Shown here: piece by piece, positions 1 through 9,483 of the stretch
How the letters are laid out: each line of letters begins with the position of its first letter
Position numbering within the stretch: position 1 is the stretch's first letter
Assembly (NCBI GenBank): GCA_039201015.1
Contig: JBCCRX010000001.1
Span: 1 to 57,872 of the forward strand
From: Bacteroidota bacterium
GTDB lineage: Bacteria > Bacteroidota > Bacteroidia > Chitinophagales > Saprospiraceae
DNA length: 57,872 nucleotides
Direction: 5' to 3'
Position numbers and translations under genes: made by a program
The notes under the pieces: model-generated
Told to the model about the DNA's origin: nothing
The model's database searches: none
Seen by the model: the letters and a program-made list of their open reading frames with translations, nothing else

Positions 1-484
1 TACCATCACTATCGCTATCCATTGTCTCGCTAGCATCGAATGGGAAAGCATCTTCACTATCATTGACGCCATCATTGTCGTCGTCTTCATCACAAAGATC
101 ACCGATAGAATCGCCGTCGTTATCGGCTTGATCGGCATTGGCAGTGCTCAAACAATTATCATCTCCATCACAAATGCCGTCAAAGTCAGAATCATTGTTG
201 GCATCTTGCGGACAGCTATCGCAATTGTCTCCGATACCATCATTGTCGTTATCTAATTGATCTGGATTGGGTGTATTGATGCAGTTGTCTGCATTGTCTC
301 CAATACCATCACTATCGCTATCCATTGTCTCGCTAGCATCGAATGGGAAAGCATCTTCACTATCATTGACGCCATCATTGTCGTCGTCTTCATCACAAAG
401 ATCACCGATAGAATCGCCGTCGTTATCAACTTGATCGGCATTGGCAATATTTAGGCAATTGTCTTCTTCATCACAAATGCCGTC
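1..484 (-). repeat. In-frame tandem duplication (period 303 nt = 101 codons) inside the TSP3-repeat region
   Basis: Positions 1-124 are base-for-base identical to 304-427 (hand alignment). Similarity continues with mismatches to about 181/484. Confidence 0.9.
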
Positions 485-1453
485 TTCATCGGTGTCTGCA
501 CAAATATCCTCACAAGATGTAATTGGAATTTCAGCAGGCAGCCAATTGGAAAAATTATCCGTCAAAGCGAAATTGAGTAAATTCCCATGGTAAGCATTGG
601 CGGTGCGATCTAGTAAAGTCGTTTCATTGGAATTGTTGCCAGATGCAATGCCTTGATTAAAATCGTAATAAGCCAATAAGCCTTCTTCATCGCCTGCCAA
701 TTCGCAGGACATGCTTGCCATAATATCTTGAGCCGTACGTGCCTTGTTCCAGATGCGCAACTCCTCTATGCTTCCTCTGAAAAGAGTACCAAAGCCCAAT
801 TCCGCACAAGTATTCGTTCCCATTCGGACAGCATCACTATTGTTGAGATCGGCAATGCCTGTGGTCTTTTTGCTGGTATTTAATTCGCCATCAAGATAGA
901 TCAAAAGCTCCATTCCTGCTCTTATCAAAACGACATGGTGCCACTCCCCGTCATTGACCGCAACGGCAGAATTGAGTTGCTCTATATTGACGCAACCTTT
1001 TTCGGAAAGCTCTAGAAATACATTTCCCGCAGGAGTCAGTCCTACATTCCAAAAAGTGGAACAACCACAGAAAAAGCGTTTGGAGAGGATGTAGGTATTG
1101 GCATCATTTGTGATTGTGCTTTTCATCCAGAAGGCAATACTGAAATCACCTCTTCTGAAATCCATGGCATCAATGTCTCCTAAATTGATTTCATCATCTG
1201 TCCCATCAAAATGCAATACATTGGAAGTAGTTGTTTGATTATTGAAAGAGATAGCGTCGTCTTTTTTTAAGCTAAAAATAGAAGACGATATTTGTTCGTT
1301 AGCATTTATAAATTCAGCAAAAGAAGGTATTTGCCATTTTGAATTAGAAGGTAAATCCTGTGTTTTTGCAGCGAAGGAAGTAAGCATCCATAAAGCGAGG
1401 ATGCAGACGCATGAGTAGGTTGTGTTTCTCATTGTCGATATGTATGTTTTCAT
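1..1453 (-). CDS. Secreted LamG (concanavalin-A-like lectin) domain protein with thrombospondin type-3-like Asp-rich Ca-binding repeats; 5' complete, 3' end runs off the window
   Basis: Hand translation of the minus strand from ATG at 1453 (alternative in-frame ATG at 1432): MKTYISTMRNTTYSCVCILALWMLTSFAAK (signal-like). LamG-type core follows (LHFDGTDDEINLG..GDFSIAFWMK..NDGEWHHVVLIR..IYLDGEL..GSIEELRIWNKART), then repeated DxDxDGxxDxxDNC units. The frame is open to position 1, so it is absent from the ORF track. Confidence 0.8.
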   Translation of the reverse strand, partial: MKTYISTMRNTTYSCVCILALWMLTSFAAKTQDLPSNSKWQIPSFAEFINANEQISSSIFSLKKDDAISFNNQTTTSNVLHFDGTDDEINLGDIDAMDFRRGDFSIAFWMKSTITNDANTYILSKRFFCGCSTFWNVGLTPAGNVFLELSEKGCVNIEQLNSAVAVNDGEWHHVVLIRAGMELLIYLDGELNTSKKTTGIADLNNSDAVRMGTNTCAELGFGTLFRGSIEELRIWNKARTAQDIMASMSCELAGDEEGLLAYYDFNQGIASGNNSNETTLLDRTANAYHGNLLNFALTDNFSNWLPAEIPITSCEDICADTDEDGICDEEDNCLNIANADQVDNDGDSIGDLCDEDDDNDGVNDSEDAFPFDASETMDSDSDGIGDNADNCINTPNPDQLDNDNDGIGDNCDSCPQDANNDSDFDGICDGDDNCLSTANADQADNDGDSIGDLCDEDDDNDGVNDSEDAFPFDASETMDSDSDG

Positions 1454-1652
1454 TTGTGAATAAAAAAGGGTTAGGAAGTACGGTTTATATCGTAATCCCT
1501 ATAGTCTTAGTTTCCAATTCGGGGCTTAAAGTTATGTATTTTTTTGATAAATGAATAACTCTGACTACAAGCATAGATTTTCTGATTCTTATTTTTGCTT
1601 GATCGAAAGTCAAATTTGAGATTTTCTTGCTTCCTACTTACGTTTTGCTGAA

Positions 1653-2819
1653 ATGAATAAAAATTATAGTATGAAAATTAACTTTCTTTCAATACTCATA
1701 CCTATTGTACTACTTTGCACTACACAAGTACAGTCCCAAATCTCCGCTGCTACTGAAAAAAAAATAGATGCTTTATTCGAGCAAGTCAACACCAGCACAC
1801 CTGGTTACATGATTGGCATCGTACAGGACACAAGTTCTCTTTTTCAGAAAGGATACGGACTAGCCAATTTGGATTATCAAATTCCAATTAGTGCTGATGC
1901 TGCATTTAATATTGCTTCGCTCTCCAAGCAATTCACGGCGGCTTGCATTGCTTTGCTCGTACTAGAAAATAAGGTTTCCCTAGAAGATAATATTCGTAAA
2001 TATTTACCTGATTTTCCTAAATACAAGCATCCTGTTCAAATCAAGCATTTGATTTATATGACTAGCGGCATCAATGATTACTACTATAATGAACGAGTGA
2101 ACAAGCAAGATTGGAGCAGCCTTCAGTTCTTTAATGTGGATATGGCAATAGAGGCTTCTTTGAGTAACAAAAAACTCATGTACAAGCCTGGCACCCAATG
2201 GTCGTACAGCAATATTAATTACATGCTACTAACGAAAGTGGTAGAAAAAATTTCGGGCAAAAGCTTTTCTAGTTTCATTAAAACACACCTTTTTGAACCC
2301 TTAGGCATGAATAATACACTCGTTAATGATGACATTTTTCAAGTCATTCCCAAGCGGGTAATGGGCTACAATCACAGGGACGAGGAAAACACCAATTGGC
2401 TATTAGAAAGCAACTATCTACAAGAACGCGGAGAAGGCTTTTTACAGATTCATCGAAACTCGCCACACTATGGTGGCAGTGGCGTGTACACAACGATGAA
2501 TGATCTAAAAAAGTGGGTGAGCAATTTCAAAACAAAAGCATTCGGCAATCAAGAATTTTACGACCTCATGCACCAAACGATGAAATTTGAACACGACAAA
2601 ACCAATGATGCCTTTGGCTTAGTCTTCGGTGATTTCAACGGTCATGAAATCATCTGGTACGAAGGTGGTGATTGGGGATTCAGCAGTTATATGATGCGCT
2701 TTCCTAAAAATGAATTGACGATCGTATGTTTATCTAATCTAGGAACAGGCAATGCTAGAAAATATGCTAATCAAATTATGGATATATTGATGGAGGATGA
2801 AGTGGTTGAGTTGAAGTAA
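1653..2819 (+). CDS. Serine hydrolase, beta-lactamase/PBP4* family (class-C-like), secreted
   Basis: 388-aa ORF with an N-terminal signal peptide, an S-x-x-K motif (ASLSKQFTA) and a Y-S-N motif (WSYSNINY). Confidence 0.8.
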   Translation: MNKNYSMKINFLSILIPIVLLCTTQVQSQISAATEKKIDALFEQVNTSTPGYMIGIVQDTSSLFQKGYGLANLDYQIPISADAAFNIASLSKQFTAACIALLVLENKVSLEDNIRKYLPDFPKYKHPVQIKHLIYMTSGINDYYYNERVNKQDWSSLQFFNVDMAIEASLSNKKLMYKPGTQWSYSNINYMLLTKVVEKISGKSFSSFIKTHLFEPLGMNNTLVNDDIFQVIPKRVMGYNHRDEENTNWLLESNYLQERGEGFLQIHRNSPHYGGSGVYTTMNDLKKWVSNFKTKAFGNQEFYDLMHQTMKFEHDKTNDAFGLVFGDFNGHEIIWYEGGDWGFSSYMMRFPKNELTIVCLSNLGTGNARKYANQIMDILMEDEVVELK

Positions 2820-2836
2820 AATAATTCATTTTGAAA

Positions 2837-3116
2837 TAGGGGTGTACGAAGTTTTGAGCCATGCTCAAAATAAGTCCTAGGAATGCTCCTGAAATCACTC
2901 AATAAGCATGCCCTAGAGGGATTCCCGTCCGAAGCGATTTACGGAGCATACTTGTTGAGCGATTTTCTGACATTGCCTCAGGTTATTTTCGAGTAAAACG
3001 TGTTAATAACTGATGTTACGCAAAACACGCCAATCTCATAGATTAGCGAATAATATAGACTTAAGGTACTACTTGCGTAACATAAGTTAATAAAAACAAG
3101 ACTTCGTATAGCCCTA
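2837..3116. mobile_element. MITE-like element, family A, copy A1 (280 bp), carrying a nested family-B element
   Basis: TIRs TAGGGGTGTACGAAGT / ACTTCGTATAGCCCTA. Flanked by a perfect 9-bp direct repeat ATTTTGAAA (2828-2836 and 3117-3125). Internal arms are complementary (GCTCCTGAAATCACTCAATAAGCATGC vs GCATACTTGTTGAGCGATTTTCTGA). Confidence 0.8.
3010..3085. mobile_element. MITE-like element, family B, copy B1 (76 bp), inserted inside A1
   Basis: TIRs CTGATGTTACGCAA / TTGCGTAACATAA. Flanked by a perfect 8-bp direct repeat GTTAATAA (3002-3009 and 3086-3093). A second family member lies at 54421-54570. Confidence 0.75.
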
Positions 3117-3156
3117 ATTTTGAAACAAAAAAGAAAACGGATAAAGGAAAAACAAC

Positions 3157-5589
3157 ATGCTCAAAATACATCTAAAACTCGCTTGGCGCAATCTACTGCG
3201 CGCCCCACTCAGAAGCAGCATCAACCTACTGAATTTAGCCGCTAGCTTAACGCTTGCTGTATTTATTCTTCAATATGTGCTGTTTGAATTTAGTTTTGAT
3301 CGGAATTGGGCGAAAAAAGAGCAACTTTTCACTTTACAGCGCACCCAAGTTGAAGCGACAAGGGAGGTAATTACTTCCCTTCAAATTGCTTCGGCTTTTG
3401 CTCCAAATGCGGTAGAAAGTTTTCCAGAAGTATTGGCAGCGAGCCGTATTTTTCGATTTGCGCAAGGTGCTTACACGGCAGGCGAAAAAGTATTTGAAGA
3501 ACCACAAGCCGTCGTGGCTTATGCAGATGCTCGCTTTTTTGAGCTATTTGATGTGAAACGTTTGGCGGGAAAAGGCGAAAATTGGCTTACCGAACCTAAT
3601 CAAGTCGTGCTTTCGAGCAAATATGCGCAGAAGTACTTTGGGCGGACGGACATTGTGGGTGAAAGCATTCAATATGCCGATATGGAGCAAGCATTAAAGG
3701 TGCAAGGCGTTTTTGAAGATTTGCCAGAGAACGTCCACTTTGAGTTTGAGATGCTATTGAGTATGTCCTCTAATCCTTATTTTACGGATGCTTACCTCAG
3801 CGAAACTTGGACGAATAGCCTATACAACACCTATTTGTTGTTGGAAAAAGATACTGATACGCAGGCTTTGACCAACAAATTTAATGCGCTCAATCAAGAA
3901 AAACGCGGAGCAGCACTTGCCACCAATGGCACGACGGAAAGCCTTGAATTACTAGCGGTTCAAGACATTCATCTGACGACCAGTGTCAATGGACAATTCA
4001 AAGAGAGCGGCAACAAAAAAGTGCTTTGGGGACTGCTGCTGGCTGCCGTTTTCATTTTGGGAATCGCTTACAGCAACTTTGCCAATTTAGAACTACTCAA
4101 AGCCTTACAAAAAGCAAAAATGGTAGGTATTCGCAAAGTACTAGGCGCGCAAAATCAACAGATTGCGCAGCACTTTCTGGCACAAGCGGGACTATTTAGC
4201 ATCATTGCCGTTCCGATCGCGCTTTTGTTTTATCAAATTGGATTGCCTTCCTTCAAAAATTACTTGCAATACACTTTGCATTTACCCGACGCTTATCAAT
4301 TTTATCTGATTATTGGCTTGGTGGCTACGCTGCTGCTTGGCTTTTTACTGGTCGGCTATCTACCTGCGCGTTGGATGTCCACTCGCAACACATCGCAATT
4401 ACTTGCAGAAAACAGCATTCACCAAAAAATAAGCAAAAACAAAAGTACACAGGCTTTACTGCTTTTTCAGTTTACAACGGCAATTGTACTCATCCTCGCT
4501 GCCCTTTTCACAACAGGACAAGTGGATTATATGCTTAAAAAAGAGCTTGGTTTGGACTTGGAGCATACGCTTGTTTTTCGTGCGCCTAGTATCTACGAAA
4601 GCTACGAACAATTGGGGCAAAGCTGGGAAAATTTCAAATCCAATACCAGCCAGATTTTGGGAGTGTCTTCCATTGTGAGCATTTCCGATATCCCTGGCGA
4701 AGAAAGTTTTTGGTTGAATACTTTCAATCGAAATCCTAGAACGCAAGCGAATCGTACCGAAGATAAACGCCTCCAACGACTTTCCGTATCGGGCGATTTT
4801 TTGGCAGGATTTTCCAATGAATTGTTAGCAGGAAGAGGTTTGAGGTACAATTTTGCCGCTGACAGCAATGCGGTCGTACTCAATGAAAAAGCCCTCCAAG
4901 TCTTTGGCTTTGAAAGCCCCGAAGCCGCCATTGGTCAAACGCTCTACGGGAGTGAGGAAAACCTAAATATCGTGGGGGTCGCTAGCGATTTTCATCAACG
5001 TTCTCTCAAAGAAAATATTCAGCCTCTGCTCATCACTTACTATCCTTCGGTGGCAAGTTATCTATTGGTTAAAACGGCTTCTCGACCTTCTAAAGCAACG
5101 GAAAAAGCCATTCTTAACACCTACCAAAAAGCTTTTCCCAACAATCCAGTAGATTATTTTTACCTCAACGATCATTTTCTGCGACAGTACGCCACCGACC
5201 AAAAGCTCAGTCAACTACTTTGGGGCTTTACGGTCTTTGCCATTTTTCTGTGTTGCATTGGTTTGTTCGCACTCACTGCGCACATTATTCAAGAACGCAC
5301 CAAAGAAATCGGCATCCGAAAGATACTCGGTGCTAGTGTTGCTAGCATTGTCGGCTTGCTTTCTAAAGACGTGGTAAAATTGGTCTTCATCGCCTTTGTG
5401 ATTGCTGCGCCCATTGCTTATTATTTTATGCACCAATGGCTACAAAATTTTGCTTATCGCATTGACTTGCAATGGTGGGTATTCGTGTTGGCAGGTGTGG
5501 CGGCGATTGTCATTACTCTATTGACAGTAGGTGTACAGAGCATGAAAACTGCTCTAGAGAATCCAGTGAATAGTTTGAAGGATGATTAA
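3157..5589 (+). CDS. ABC transporter permease, FtsX/MacB-like (two FtsX domains)
   Basis: 810-aa ORF with the typical N-terminus (LAWRNLLRAPLRSSINLL), large periplasmic domains and C-terminal FtsX helices (KEIGIRKILGAS). Confidence 0.8.
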   Translation: MLKIHLKLAWRNLLRAPLRSSINLLNLAASLTLAVFILQYVLFEFSFDRNWAKKEQLFTLQRTQVEATREVITSLQIASAFAPNAVESFPEVLAASRIFRFAQGAYTAGEKVFEEPQAVVAYADARFFELFDVKRLAGKGENWLTEPNQVVLSSKYAQKYFGRTDIVGESIQYADMEQALKVQGVFEDLPENVHFEFEMLLSMSSNPYFTDAYLSETWTNSLYNTYLLLEKDTDTQALTNKFNALNQEKRGAALATNGTTESLELLAVQDIHLTTSVNGQFKESGNKKVLWGLLLAAVFILGIAYSNFANLELLKALQKAKMVGIRKVLGAQNQQIAQHFLAQAGLFSIIAVPIALLFYQIGLPSFKNYLQYTLHLPDAYQFYLIIGLVATLLLGFLLVGYLPARWMSTRNTSQLLAENSIHQKISKNKSTQALLLFQFTTAIVLILAALFTTGQVDYMLKKELGLDLEHTLVFRAPSIYESYEQLGQSWENFKSNTSQILGVSSIVSISDIPGEESFWLNTFNRNPRTQANRTEDKRLQRLSVSGDFLAGFSNELLAGRGLRYNFAADSNAVVLNEKALQVFGFESPEAAIGQTLYGSEENLNIVGVASDFHQRSLKENIQPLLITYYPSVASYLLVKTASRPSKATEKAILNTYQKAFPNNPVDYFYLNDHFLRQYATDQKLSQLLWGFTVFAIFLCCIGLFALTAHIIQERTKEIGIRKILGASVASIVGLLSKDVVKLVFIAFVIAAPIAYYFMHQWLQNFAYRIDLQWWVFVLAGVAAIVITLLTVGVQSMKTALENPVNSLKDD

Positions 5590-5831
5590 AGGTAGCAAAC
5601 TTGCTTTCTCCAACCTCCCTTTCGGATGCCTCATGTAATATTTCGTTATACTTTTAGTTTGGGTTCAATTCATAGTATGAGCAACAAGAATTGGAATTTT
5701 TCATCCTTTCTCCAAAGGCACCTTCTTCACATTCACGAAAGAAATAATGCTGTGGTCTTCTCCTATTCTGCCTCGATCATTGCTTTCCCAATATTTACAA
5801 ACAGTGGAGTAGGCGAGTAAAGAATGTATTT

Positions 5832-5913
5832 TAGGCGTGTACGAAGTCTTAGTCCATGCTCAAAATAAGTCACAGTAACGCTCCTGAAATCGCTCAACAA
5901 GTATGCCCTAGAG
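5832..5913. mobile_element. Family-A MITE, truncated left half (copy A2)
   Basis: TAGGCGTGTACGAAGTCTTAGTCCATGCTCAAAATAAGTC..GCTCCTGAAATCGCTCAACAAGTATGCCCTAGAGG aligns with the left arms of A1/A3. No matching right TIR was found. Confidence 0.7.
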
Positions 5914-6324
5914 GCTTTTTTATGAATGACTACTTAGTCTCAAAATCTTGAACCCAGCCAGAATTGTATGGTGCAAGGGATGTTTTCATATTTCCGCTTT
6001 TTATAACCTACCAATCAGACCATCAATTATCTCATAAAATAAGAATAAACGGAGACTATAAAGTTTGATTCAATATTGGTGTAAGATATTAAAATTAAGT
6101 AACTGCTATTTTATTAAAATTAAATCTTGATTTAATAGCAAAAACAAAACATATCATTTTTTTTACAAAAAAGCATCATCGTGAAGTATTGCTTGTTTCA
6201 CAAACTCCGCTCAAATTGACAATCAACTTAAAGAATAAATAATGATTTTGATGAGTGCAGAGGCCATAAAATTTTCTATTTTCACCGCGCTTTTGAGCAA
6301 TGCTAAGCAAATCAATAACATTAC

Positions 6325-7767
6325 ATGGCTTTACAAATCGTAGATCATCAGCGCACTAAGATTGTGGCGACCATCGGACCAGCCTCCAGTTCCTATGAAA
6401 TGCTTTTGAAACTTGTGCAGGCTGGGGTAGATGTATTTCGCCTCAACTTTTCGCACGGCACGCACGAAGATCATAAAAAAGTAATTGACCACATTGTCGC
6501 GATCAATGAAGAATATGGTACGCACGTTGCGATTTTGACGGACCTGCAAGGACCAAAATTGCGGATTGGTGAAATGGAAAATGGTGGTATAGAAGTAGAA
6601 GAAGGTGATATTTTAACTTTTGTGAATGAGGCCTGTACCGGTACAAAGAATAAAATATACATGAGCTACGATAGGTTTCCGCAAGATGTGGAAGTCGGAG
6701 AGCATGTACTCGTGGATGACGGAAAACTACTCTTTGAAGTCCTATCTACTAATAAGAAAGACACCGTCAAATTGAAAGTACTTTTTGGGGGAACATTGTG
6801 TTCTCGTAAAGGCGTCAATTTACCGAACACCAAAATATCTCTTCCTTCGCTGACACCAAAGGACGAAGAAGACTTAGCTTTTATCTTGACGCAGCCCGCC
6901 GTCAATTGGATTGCACTTTCTTTCGTTCGGACGGCAGAAGATATGAAGAACTTGCAACGTAAGGTGGATGAAAAAAATCATCCTGCCAAGATTTTAGCAA
7001 AGATTGAGAAACCCGAAGCCATTGAAAACATCGATAAGATCATCAAAGCATCCAATGGTATTATGGTGGCAAGAGGAGATTTGGGGATTGAGATTCCAAT
7101 GGAGACCTTGCCTTTGGCGCAGAAAATGATTATCAAGAAGTGCATCCAGAGAGCGAGACCCGTCATCGTAGCCACGCACATGATGGACAGCATGATTTCC
7201 AGTCCCACGCCGACGCGTGCAGAAATCACAGATGTGGCCAATGCGGTGCTGGACGGAACAGATGCAGTGATGCTAAGTGGCGAAACCTCCGTAGGTCGTT
7301 ATCCTGCGAAAGTAGTAGAAGCTATGAATAAAATCATTGAGCAAGCCGAAAAACACTACGCCATTGATGACAAACGCCCAAAACCTGCAAAAAAATCAAG
7401 AACTTTCCTTTCTGACGCCATTTGCTTCAATGCGGCTAAAGTTTCTGACGAAGTTGATGCAAAGGCTTTGGTTGGTATGACCGCTTCTGGCTACACGGCT
7501 TTCAAACTATCCAGCTACCGACCCAAAACAGAGATTAAAATATTTTCTGATTCTCGACACATGATTAATACTTTGAGTATTGCTTGGGGCGTCAGATGTC
7601 ATTATTACGATAAGTTCACCACTACGGACGAAACCATAGAAGACGTCACTAATATTTTAAGAATAAGTAAGGTGGTGAAAAAGGGAGACATCGTAGTCAG
7701 TACGGGCAGTATGCCTATTAAAAAACGGCATCGCACCAATATGATGAAGATTACGGTGGTGGAGTAG
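6325..7767 (+). CDS. pyk: Pyruvate kinase
   Basis: 480-aa ORF with the TKIVATIGPAS N-terminus, MVARGDLGIEIP and a C-terminal regulatory domain. Confidence 0.95.
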   Translation: MALQIVDHQRTKIVATIGPASSSYEMLLKLVQAGVDVFRLNFSHGTHEDHKKVIDHIVAINEEYGTHVAILTDLQGPKLRIGEMENGGIEVEEGDILTFVNEACTGTKNKIYMSYDRFPQDVEVGEHVLVDDGKLLFEVLSTNKKDTVKLKVLFGGTLCSRKGVNLPNTKISLPSLTPKDEEDLAFILTQPAVNWIALSFVRTAEDMKNLQRKVDEKNHPAKILAKIEKPEAIENIDKIIKASNGIMVARGDLGIEIPMETLPLAQKMIIKKCIQRARPVIVATHMMDSMISSPTPTRAEITDVANAVLDGTDAVMLSGETSVGRYPAKVVEAMNKIIEQAEKHYAIDDKRPKPAKKSRTFLSDAICFNAAKVSDEVDAKALVGMTASGYTAFKLSSYRPKTEIKIFSDSRHMINTLSIAWGVRCHYYDKFTTTDETIEDVTNILRISKVVKKGDIVVSTGSMPIKKRHRTNMMKITVVE

Positions 7768-7849
7768 GGGAGGAAGTTTTGTTGAATTGTTTACATTGTT
7801 TATTTGTTTAATGCGCCTAACTTCTCTGATCTGACTTTTCTATTTTAAT

Positions 7850-8103
7850 TAGGCGTGTACGAAGTCTTGAAATTTTTAACATTTAGTTCAAAGCAATGCT
7901 GAATAGCGCTTAAAAATCGTTCAACAAGTATGCTCAAGTTTCTTTCTTCGGACGGAAACACAAATTTTTCCTGATTTTTTGAAGAAAAATCAGGAAAAAT
8001 TTGTGTTTCCGTCCACAGAGATTTGTCAGACATACTTGTTGAGCGATTTCAGGAGCTTTATTCAGATTTAATTTTTTTTATTTAAAAACTTCGTACACGA
8101 CTA
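7850..8103. mobile_element. MITE-like element, family A, copy A3 (254 bp)
   Basis: TIRs TAGGCGTGTACGAAGTC / ACTTCGTACACGACTA. Perfect 9-bp direct repeat TATTTTAAT at 7841-7849 and 8104-8112. The centre is a perfect 30-bp stem (7950-7979 / 7985-8014) with a 5-nt loop. Confidence 0.85.
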
Positions 8104-8110
8104 TATTTTA

Positions 8111-9190
8111 ATGAACATTCTATTCCTCACCTATCAAGGCGATCTAGCGGGTTCCACCAATTCTATTGCTTATTTAAGTAATGGTTTAGCAGAAAGAGGA
8201 CATCGCGTAGTGGTAGGATGCAGAGCCGCCTCTTTGTTGTATCGTTTGCTGGAAAATACGAAAGTCATTCGTTTTCCTATGACTTTTAAAAGCAAGATCA
8301 GTAGAGCAAGTATTCGACAGATCAAACAGGTAGTAGAACAGCACAATATTCAAATCATCAATGCGCAATCTAGCAAAGACCGCTATTTATCTATTTTCGC
8401 AAAATGGCGTCATCGTTTGCCCTCGAAAATAGTGCATACCCGCCGACAAACACCCAAAAGCGTTGGAGGTTTCTTACAAAATTGGTTCTATGTGAAAGGA
8501 ACGGATAAGATTGTGACGGTGAGTGCGCAACTCAAAAAAACCTTCATCGAAAAAGGCATTCCTGCGGAGCACATTCATGTGATTTACAATGGCATTCCAA
8601 AAGAAAAATTTGAGCAGGTTTCTACTAAAAAAGTAGCGGCACTGCGTCAAAAGTTCGGCATTCAAGTTGGAGACAAAGTCATAGGTAGCATTTCTCGTTT
8701 GAAAAAGCAAGCGCAAATCGTTCGAGCCTTGCCATACCTAAAGGAAAATATAAAAGTGCTTTTTGTTGGCATAGAGAACGGGACATTTGATGATTTGAAA
8801 AAAGATTTGGGCATCAAAAATGAAATCATCTATGCAGGTAAAATAGAAAGTACAGCGATTATGAATTATTATCCACTGCTTGATATTCAAATTTTAGCTT
8901 CTACTATGGATGGTTTTGGTTTGGTGCTGGTAGAGGCAATGGGTTTGGGTATCCCTGTCATTGGGACGCGCTGCGAAGGCATCATTGATGTATTAGAGGA
9001 TCAAAAAAATGGACTTTGGTTTGAAGACGGAAATGTGGAAGCACTAGCCAATCACATTAAGACGATTTTATACGATAAAGAACAACGCCAAGCACTCATC
9101 GAAAATGGCTATCGCGCAGCTCGGGAGCGGTTTACAGTAGCGCAAACAGTTCTGAATTACGAGCGGTTTTTTACATCTATTTTAGATTAG
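8111..9190 (+). CDS. Glycosyltransferase family 4 (GT-B fold)
   Basis: 359-aa ORF with the E-x7-E region (GFGLVLVEAMGLGIPVIGTRCEGIIDVLED). Confidence 0.85.
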   Translation: MNILFLTYQGDLAGSTNSIAYLSNGLAERGHRVVVGCRAASLLYRLLENTKVIRFPMTFKSKISRASIRQIKQVVEQHNIQIINAQSSKDRYLSIFAKWRHRLPSKIVHTRRQTPKSVGGFLQNWFYVKGTDKIVTVSAQLKKTFIEKGIPAEHIHVIYNGIPKEKFEQVSTKKVAALRQKFGIQVGDKVIGSISRLKKQAQIVRALPYLKENIKVLFVGIENGTFDDLKKDLGIKNEIIYAGKIESTAIMNYYPLLDIQILASTMDGFGLVLVEAMGLGIPVIGTRCEGIIDVLEDQKNGLWFEDGNVEALANHIKTILYDKEQRQALIENGYRAARERFTVAQTVLNYERFFTSILD

Positions 9191-9483
9191 TGTCTGGGAC
9201 TTCCACCCTAAATCACTCGACAAATCACACTTTTTTTTCTAACACATATTAAATATTAGTATTTTTCGTTAATTTTGTATCATTGCTTACTAAACACAAA
9301 ACTATACCATTCATTTTCGCTAGGAAATGAACTCAATGGCGGTAAAAAACAACTGAATTTAACCGCAGCCATCGCTTACTTACCTTTCAAGCTTACATTC
9401 TTATTTCAACTTCCTCTGTGCTGGTAGTTTATTTTTGATAATAAACGGGCAGGTAACGACCTGTTCCCTAAACACAGACTAAT

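Noticed and set aside
253-454. Two mutually antisense 64-65-aa ORFs in the supplied track
   Set aside because: Both are out of frame with the continuous, motif-rich LamG/TSP3 reading frame that spans 1-1453 on the minus strand. They are by-products of the Asp-codon repeat.
5626-5820. 64-aa ORF in the 735-bp permease-pyk spacer
   Set aside because: It has no recognisable motif and odd composition, and it abuts a truncated MITE. The antisense frame also gives a short protein-like stretch but has no start codon. I treat it as non-coding.
7845-8033. 62-aa minus-strand ORF
   Set aside because: It lies entirely inside MITE A3 and spans its perfect 30-bp palindrome, so it is an artefact of the repeat.
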